The position numbers and the translations under genes were made by a program. Source: Fonticula alba ATCC 38817 (taxonomy: Eukaryota > Protista > Nucleariida). From it: 29,676 nt of DNA. Below the pieces are notes generated by a model, which ran no database searches, was not told the DNA's origin, and saw only the letters and a program-made list of their open reading frames with translations. The stretch lies in NCBI GenBank assembly GCA_000388065.2, contig KB932202.1; one strand, 5' to 3'. Of the stretch, positions 22,144-29,676 are shown one piece after another. Positions within the stretch are counted from its first letter, which is position 1. Every line of letters begins with the position of its first letter.

Positions 22144-22987
22144 GGCCAGCTCCCGTTATCGTACAGGGCCCGGGGCGCAACCTCGGTTCCGCTCCACCGC
22201 CCCACCTCTGCATCGGGCACCCGTTGCTGGCATGTACCCAGGCCCCCGGGCCCGGGGAACGCCCCCAGCGAGCGAGCCGCCCACCGGCAAGGGACCGGGC
22301 CACACACAGCCACCGATAAACGAGCCTCCGTCGCGGGTCATCTGCGGACACGGCACGGGTGGTCCGTCCCCGCGCCCCGCCCAGGCGAAGCCTCCATCCC
22401 CTCTCGTGACCCGCCCCCGCCTGCCCCGGCCTCCGGCCTCGGGCGAGAAGTGCCCGCCCACAAAGCGGGGGGCGGGGGGCAGCGCGATCGGGAGTCCCAA
22501 CACGGCGCGCTGGGGTCGTGCCATTGCCCCTCCAGGCCCAAGAGCATGCTGGGGCACCCCACACCGGTGCCTCGGGCCCGGGCGATGGGCCGGGACAGGG
22601 AGAGGGGGAGGGGCCAGCAGCCGGGGCGGAGGAGAGGCAACCGGCGATCGGCCATATCCAACAGATGGGCCCCCCCTCTGCCAGGGCCGCGGGGTCGGGT
22701 CGTGCATCTTCGGCCCATCCCCTCGCTGCCTCCCCCACGACCCCTCTCCCCTTTCGCCCCTCCTCCACTCGCTCCTCCACCCCCCCCCCCCCCGCCCATG
22801 GTAACACACCCACACCCATATACCACCCGGCTGCCCTTCGTCTCGCGCACTCTCCACTCCCCCCTTCCACGTGTCCCCGTCCTCGTGCGCCGGAGGTCTG
22901 TCCCCCTCCTCCCAGCCGGGGAGAAGGCCCACCTGCCACATGCAACCCGCTGCGCCCCCCTGCTCGCCGTGCACCTTGCGGCTTGAG

Positions 22988-25273
22988 ATCTCGAACTCGC
23001 GCGGGGACATCGGGCCACCAGTCACCCCGGCCTCCCAGGCGCCGACTCCCTCCTGCCCGGATGACCGCCAGGAGCCCCCTGGGCCGGGCCAGCAGCACCG
23101 GCAGCCGCGGCAATCGCAAGGATGTCACCAGCACCAACAGCCACAGCAGCAGCCACAGCCACAGCCACAGCCACAGCACTCGGATCAGGCCGGCTCGCCG
23201 GAGCAGCCGACCCTGACCGTGACACTGGTGCACCCGCTGAAAGCCCACCCAGGCTTGAGCCCGGTCCGGTCGGTGCTGCCTTTGACACCGACATCGGCCT
23301 GCCTGCCGGATCCCCCGCCTGGCGAGGGGACGCCCCTGCTGGAGTGGCCCACAGCCGGCCGCCGCCGGAGTACCGACCCCACCCCTCTGGGCACCGCCTC
23401 CCTGACGGCCGGCCTGATGGCCGACGACACCCCGCCGGCCGCCGGCGGCAATAGCCCCCAAGCCGGATGTCTGGCAGATCTCCCGGACAAAGACGACGAG
23501 CCGACCCAGTGGGAGTTACTCGACCACGAGGACTGTGCCCCGGCGACCGGGGCAGCCTCAACTCCAACGGCCCCGGCGCCGGCCTCGGGCCCGGCAATGA
23601 CGCCCATGGCCACCGTCGGCTTGATGTCCCCGCCGCCATCGGCCGCACGCATGGGCTTCGCTTCTCCTCGAGATCTGTTCTCCCCGCAGGCACACTTCGG
23701 CGCCTGGGCCAGCCCCCAATTGGTGGATCTCCGCCCGAGGATGCTTCACTCGCCGCGGATTGCCGACATCCAGTCCCCTGTGGTCCCGCCGGTGGTACGC
23801 CTCCCTTCCCTTTCGCTGCTCCGCTGGCCACATGTCCATGTCTTGGGAGGGAGGGGGGGGGGGGGCCTGCTCGACCCGGGCCTGACTGACATCCACCCTC
23901 GTCCCGTCCCCCCACCCCTGAACCCCCCCCCTCTCGTCCCCCTCCACCGCCAACACCAACCCCCTTGGCCCTGCTGCTCATGTCGCCCTCCTTTCGATGA
24001 CAGCAGCCCCAGCATCCGACCGAGGGCATGCTCTCGATTGCTCGCGCCCTGGGCCACACCTATGTCAGCGACTGCTTTGGGTTCCTGGTCGATCGGGACC
24101 ACCTCCAGTGCACGTGCGACCAATTGGACGATGGCCCTTCGGTGGCTGCCGATGGCGAACACCGGCCCCACCGGCCGGCCGACTGCCGGCGGCATTCCGG
24201 CGCCTCCAGCTCGCCGACGCTGCCATTGGAGGCGGAGCTCTCTCCCGGGGCCGGCCGGCCGATGGTGCACCCCAGTTGCCAGTGCCCGGAGATCGACATC
24301 TGCCCCGTGCACTTTGCCCCGGACGATGCGCTGCTGCTGATGCTGCCGCTGTTGCATGCCCCGTGCGAACGGCACTGGTGCGAGGCCGGCCCCCGGTGCG
24401 AGTGCCCCTCGAGCCAGGAAGACTGTGCCTTGCGCCTGGCCGGGCCGACTGGCGCCCCGGCCGCCAACTGTCTACAGTGTGCGCGTGAAGCCCCGGCGGC
24501 CGGGATTCACTTGGACCGGCATCGCGCGGCCCTGGCCCCCGGGGCAGCCGGGCTACTTCGTGGCCTGGCAAGCCAGCCACGTCTCGGGTGCCGAGATGAC
24601 GCCGGCTCGCACAGCTTCGAGCACTGGTGCCGGACTCCTGGGCGCCCGGGCGCCGGGGCCGGCGGCCTGTCTGGCAGGCCCGGAGACGATGGCGGCGGTC
24701 CCGGCGGCGGCCCCGGCGGCAGTGGCGCCCTTGGTGCCCCGGATGTTGGGGTTGCCTTCCCGGAGCACATGCCCGCCCCCTCGCTGATGCCGGATTTCCC
24801 CCTGACACAGGTCTTCCCCCAGGGATGTGGCTTCACGCCGCTCGGCCTGCGCTGGGTCCGGGCCTTGAAGCCAGGACAGTATGAGCGCCAATTTGCCGAC
24901 TTCACCTTCCGCCCGGGCCAGCACCAGCTCCCCCGGATCCACGGGAAGGTGGTCCCGGGAGCCTCGCCATCCAGCTTCCTCAAAACCGCGTCCGTGGGCG
25001 CCGGGGCCGGTACCTCTGCCAGTCAGGACGAGCTCCTGGAACTGGTGCGCGTCATCCTCCAGGACATTCCGCGCACCTTCTCCACGCACCTGCTCTTCTT
25101 GGATCCCAGCGGGACATTGGCCACACGGGCTGGCTCTGCGGCCCCTGCGACTGGTGATGGCTGGGCCCCTGGGTCCTTTCCCTCCCTCTGGCAGCCACTC
25201 TTCAACCTGCTGGTGAGTTACATCCACCTGGACCTGGACACCGGCTACTGCCAGGGTGCGTGGGGGACATGCG

Positions 25274-25336
<63 letters not shown>

Positions 25337-27556
25337 CGTGCCCAAGCCGAGGGCCTCCTTGCCAGGCGAGCCTCCTCACCTCTGCATCGGTGAATTGCTG
25401 ACTGCTTCCCCTGCCCCATGTGACGCCCTTCCCGCGGCTCAGGCATGTCATACCTGGCCGCAGTGCTGCTTCTTCACATGCCTGAGCAATATGCCTTCTG
25501 GTGCTTTGTGGCCCTTGTCACCAGTGACAAACACCTTGTCGGCTGTGCGTCCACGACGATGCGCCTGACGGTTCCGGGTGGTGTATTTGACTTTTGGCGG
25601 GTTGCATACTCTGTCTCGCTTCTCCCCTCCCCTGGCCTTTCTCTCCATTCATTAGTCTGCCAAGCTGCATATCCTTCTCCTTTGCCTCCTGCCCTCACCT
25701 GTTTCTCACATGCTCCCCCCCCCCCAAACTCGATCACTCGGGATTGGTCCTTCTCTTGCTCTCGCGACGTCGACCTGGCGGGTTAGTCTTCGACAAGAAC
25801 CTCACCCAACTCCAGCTGAAGGCCCTGGTGTTTGAGCATGTCTTGACCGCCGTCGAGACCGAGCTGGCCCTGCATCTGGTACCCCCCCCCCATGCTGCTG
25901 ATGACGCCCTCTTTTTTTTCCTCCCCTCCCTCCCCACGTGGCCTGCCACTGACCAGCCCTCCGGGCTTCCCGCTCCCCTCTCTTCCTTTCCAGTCCTCGC
26001 ACCACATCAACCCTCTTATGTACATTGCCGGCTGGTTCATGCGTGCTTTCACCAACCTGCCCGACTGGCAGACATGCCTGTGGTGCTTCGATCGGATTGT
26101 CCTCGATGGTTGGGCCGGGCTCGTGGTCATCGCCGTGGCCGTCATGCAACGGTGCAAGTGTACGCATTCCCTCGCCCTGGTATCTTTCCCCTTGGCAACA
26201 GCTCCCCTCTCCTCCCCCTCCCCTGCCCTTCGCGCTGGGGACCTCCCCCTGGGTACCCGTGCTTGTGTGAGCTCTGCTGCGACATCTAGGCGATGATCAG
26301 ACAGGGAGGGGGAGTAAGTGACACTCATGTGCCAGGATGGACTCCTTCCCTTCTACTCACACACACACACACACACATGCATTTGGATCCGGCACTCAGT
26401 CGACTTGTTGAATCTCCATTCGATCAATCAGCTCCTGCCATACTTGCACACACTGCAAACCGAGGAGGTGCATTGGCTGAACCTCCGTCGGGCCATGTCC
26501 CATCATCGCATTGACCTGTCCCTGGTGTATGAGACCAATGCCAGTCTGATGAGCTCCCCGATGCCGGCTTTCACCGAGAGCATGCTCCTGGCGACCGATT
26601 GCATGCCCTCGCCGGGGCCTCTGGGGTCGGCCCTTTCCCCGCGTAGCACCTTTCGCCAGTCGGTCAGTGTCTTCGATGCAGGGCCCCGCCTTCCGGCCCC
26701 GGCTCCGATGGCCATTGAGCGAACTTTCTTCGGTTCCTTGACATCGCTCTTTTCGGACACGCGCCCGGCCCCGCCGGCGAGTGATCAGCCCCCGGCAGCG
26801 GCCGCACCGCCTGAGACCCCGCGCCAGTCAGCCCCTCGGCCGGTGCCGCGCACCCTGCGTGTCGACACCGCCGCCGACGATCTGCCGCAGCACGCCGCCC
26901 ATGCCCACCCTCAAACCGGGCTGTTCGATCGGCTCCTATCCTCGGCAACACCCCTATTTAAGCGCCTGGCCACGCCGTTCGGCAGCCGAGTGGAGACTCC
27001 ACTAGAAACGCCAGCCGATGAGCTGGCTGCCAGCCCGGCATCGGGCCTGCCATCCGACGACCTGCCACTGGCGCCCGACTCGCCACCAGTGTCGCGGGTT
27101 CTCTTCGCCGCCGAAGGTGAGGGCATCGCCAATGGGACCGGCCTCGGCCCAAGGCGCCTGGCCGCGGTGGCCCGACAGCCTAGCTCCCTGCGCGATGTGA
27201 CCACCCTTGACCTGACCACCGAGGAGGATGGGCTCTCTGGCTCGGAGCCGGAGCAGGCCGACGATGAGGACGATCCCGGGGAAAGTGACAGCCGGCCGGG
27301 GCCCGAGTCGCCCTCGCTGTTGCCCCCTTCCTCACATGCGCCCCTCAGCGTGGGCTCCTTCTCGGTGAGCCTGGGCGACCAGCAGCCAGCATCGCCCGGG
27401 AGGCGGCCCGAGGAGCGGGAGGAGGCTCCCCTGCTGCTGCTACAGCTGCCCGACCAGGCTGGCGACACGGCTGGCCAGTTGACATCAGTCCCGATCAGCC
27501 AGCGGCCACGCCAGCCAGCGGCCCCGCTGCAGGCGAACTACCTGCTCCGGCGTTAG
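22988..27556 (+). CDS. Rab GTPase-activating protein with TBC (Tre2/Bub2/Cdc16) domain; 5' end unresolved
   Basis: Inferred exons ~22988-23794, ~24013-25255, 25443-25544, 25787-25878, 25994-26159 and 26400-27556. It has the Arg finger ILQDIPRTF, the Gln finger GYCQ|GMSYLAAVLLL, AFWCF, LVGFFDKNL and INPLMYIAGWF...FDRIV. Both catalytic fingers are intact. The first listed exon boundary is tentative. Confidence 0.9.
25271..25335. repeat. (GC)6 followed by about 26 AC units in a TBC-gene intron
   Basis: Read directly; a 65-nt alternating purine-pyrimidine tract. Confidence 0.95.
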
Positions 27557-28929
27557 AACACGAGGAGGCATTTCGTCGCACGGGCGTGGGGAGCCTATGC
27601 TTCGCTTTTTCCCCTCCTCCGCCATGGCGCGACATACTGGCCCGTGGCCCCTTCCTGTCCCTCCTGCGACACACTCGCACATGGCACCCAACTCTCCGCT
27701 TAGTTTCCCTGGAGAATGCACACGCGAGGCGCTGCCTTCCCCTGCTGCCCCCCCTCCCCCCCCCAATCATCCACCCCCAATTAGACATTCTACCGACACG
27801 CTTCGCTTGACAGGTCTGTGTGTGGGTGGGTGTGCCGGCTTCCCGGCTTCATTCCTCGCCTCCTGGGGGCTTTGTGGGTATCTCCCAAAAAGAAAGGGAT
27901 CTCGGGAAAATGCCCGGGGGAGGGGGGCACCATCGAGCATGAAAACACCCACACGCCCAAACTGACAGGTAAAGAGAGAGAGAGAGAGAGAGAGAGGAAA
28001 GAGATGGATGTAAGGGTGTATTTTGAAAGAGGGTGCTGCTTCTGTCGTGAAAGAAAGACCCGGCAGGGGGAGAGGTTCGCCGGACGGACACATCGCGGGA
28101 GAAAAAGGCATTCGATGTGATTGGGCGCCAAGAGACCCCTGTTTTTCGAGCGAGAAGGCCCCAGGGGGGAGGGAGGGAGGGGGGAAGAAATATGGTACAT
28201 CGTGGAGCCGCAAACTGTGTCCCTGAAACCCTCTAGCCTCAGGCCCCGGGCTGGAGGACGAGGAAGGAGAGCAGGAAAGAATGCGCTTTCGAGGGGTGCT
28301 GAGTCTGACCCCGGGGGGGGGGGGGGGGGAACCATTCAGGTAGAATGAACTGAAGAGCGTATTTATATATATATGGTAATGTGTGTGTGACGCGTGGGTG
28401 TGGGTGTGGGTGTGTGTGCGCGCGCACATCCGGCGACGGCGTGCCGATGCGGATGCGAGCTCCCCCCGCCGTCGCTGGCCTGTGTGGAGACAGGAGACAG
28501 GAGGGGAGTTTGTGCGTGCGCGGAATGAATGTCCCGGTCGCCGCCAAAAGACGAAGGGAGGGAGGCAGCGCAATCCCCATCACAAATGCAGAGGGAAAGA
28601 GGGAGCCCCGAGCCGCCCTCGCCCTGCGGGCGCACTGGCTGGCCAGCCCCCACAGCAAAAGTGGAGGGTGCAGGATCAGCGGCACCAGCGCGACATGTGT
28701 CCGCCGCCCCTTGCCCACCAACAAGGAGGGAGAGGGGGAGGGGATGCGCGAGGGGCAGGGAGGGGGGGGGGGAGGGGAGACTGGTCACGGAGCTACAGGA
28801 CGCCCGCGCATGCGCGCAACACAGACCCCCATACAGACACACACACACACACATACATACAGACCCATAGAGACACACAGATCAGGGAGAAAGACTCATT
28901 CTTCAAGCGGGGAGGAGGAGAGAGGAGAC

Positions 28930-29496
28930 TTAGAAGAGCTGGGTGGCCGAGACGTTCTGGCGCTTGCACTCGTTCAGCATGTCGATGTAGCTCTGGCACA
29001 TGGAAATGTCGTTGCTGTAGGTCTGAGCGCAGCGGAGGAAGGCATCCTGCTCCAGGCTGCAGATCTGCACCGGGGGAGTGGCGCCGACGGTGGCCCCGGG
29101 CTGGGGCTGGTAGGAGAAGGCATCAGGAGCCGGGGCGGCGGCCGGAGCGGCAGCGGCCGTGGTGGCGGCCTCCGCAGCGGCAGACCCGCCACCGGTGAAG
29201 AGACCGGTCAGGGCATTGCCGACGGTGTGGCCGATGGCGACACCAGCCGCGGTGGTGGCAATGTTAGCCAGCATGCCGGGCTGCTGAGGGGCCTGCTGGT
29301 AGATGACCGGGGCCTGCTGGGGAGCGGCGGCCGGAACCGGGGCATGAGGGGCGGCGGGGGCGGCGTGCGGGGCAGCCGAGGCGGTGTTGTGGGGGGCAGC
29401 CGAGGCGGCAGGAGCAGCCGGGGCGGCGGCGGTCTTGGCCGACATCGCGGGCTTGGCCGCGGGGCGGGAGGCGGAGGAAGTACGGCGGCGGGCCAT
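28930..29496 (-). CDS. CHCHD2: CHCHD2/CHCHD10 (Mix17)-like mitochondrial intermembrane-space protein, 188 aa, single coding exon
   Basis: Basic N-terminus MARRRTSS, an Ala/Pro-rich region, the conserved hydrophobic helix PGMLANIATTAAGVAIGHTVGNALTGLF, and a twin CX9C (C-SLEQDAFLR-C and C-QSYIDMLNE-C). Confidence 0.93.
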   Translation of the reverse strand: MARRRTSSASRPAAKPAMSAKTAAAPAAPAASAAPHNTASAAPHAAPAAPHAPVPAAAPQQAPVIYQQAPQQPGMLANIATTAAGVAIGHTVGNALTGLFTGGGSAAAEAATTAAAAPAAAPAPDAFSYQPQPGATVGATPPVQICSLEQDAFLRCAQTYSNDISMCQSYIDMLNECKRQNVSATQLF

Positions 29497-29676
29497 GGCG
29501 AAAAGGACTGACTAAGGGCTGAAGTGCGGGGGAGGAGGGGGGGGGAAACGCGAAGCGGATAAACTGTGTGGGGTGTGATAAACAGTTGATTGTCTTACCC
29601 GTCCGTTGGACTGGCGATTCTGGCAGTTTCTTAAATACTTCGGCTCGGGTTTGGTGGGCGGCCCGCATGCCCCCCC

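Noticed and set aside
27557-28929. Short ORFs between the convergent TBC and CHCHD2-like genes
   Set aside because: Low-complexity UTR-like sequence with microsatellites and no coding signature.
1-29676. CRISPR array, transposon, prophage or rRNA
   Set aside because: No repeat-spacer structure, transposase, reverse transcriptase or integrase motifs, terminal repeats or rRNA-like sequence were seen. All repeats are simple or short tandem.

Overview
GC-rich eukaryotic genomic DNA with spliceosomal GT-AG introns, long G/C homopolymers, microsatellites and six N-gaps. There is no sign of prokaryotic operons, CRISPR arrays or transposases. The coding style resembles a GC-rich unicellular eukaryote such as Fonticula, but that is an impression, not an identification. 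Gene order, with models built by hand from frame continuity and recalled family motifs: 3' exon of an unknown Q-rich protein (+); PSMD5/S5b-like proteasome assembly chaperone (-); tRNA-Ala(AGC) (+); 4-RRM PTB/hnRNP L-family protein (-); APC11 RING-H2 subunit (+); nicotinamide riboside kinase-like (-); ~1550-aa FYVE protein (-); Rab-GAP TBC protein (+); CHCHD2/10-like twin CX9C protein (-). Best lead: the APC11 reading frame is restored most cleanly by a single-nucleotide exon (A at 11178, context ggcag|A|gtacgc), echoing the 1-nt exon reported in Arabidopsis APC11. Second lead: none of the 20 inferred 5' splice sites has A at +4 (consensus GTRYGY, mostly C), while textbook GTRAG sites inside exons appear unused. 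No searches or alignments were run; homology calls rest on motifs recalled from memory.
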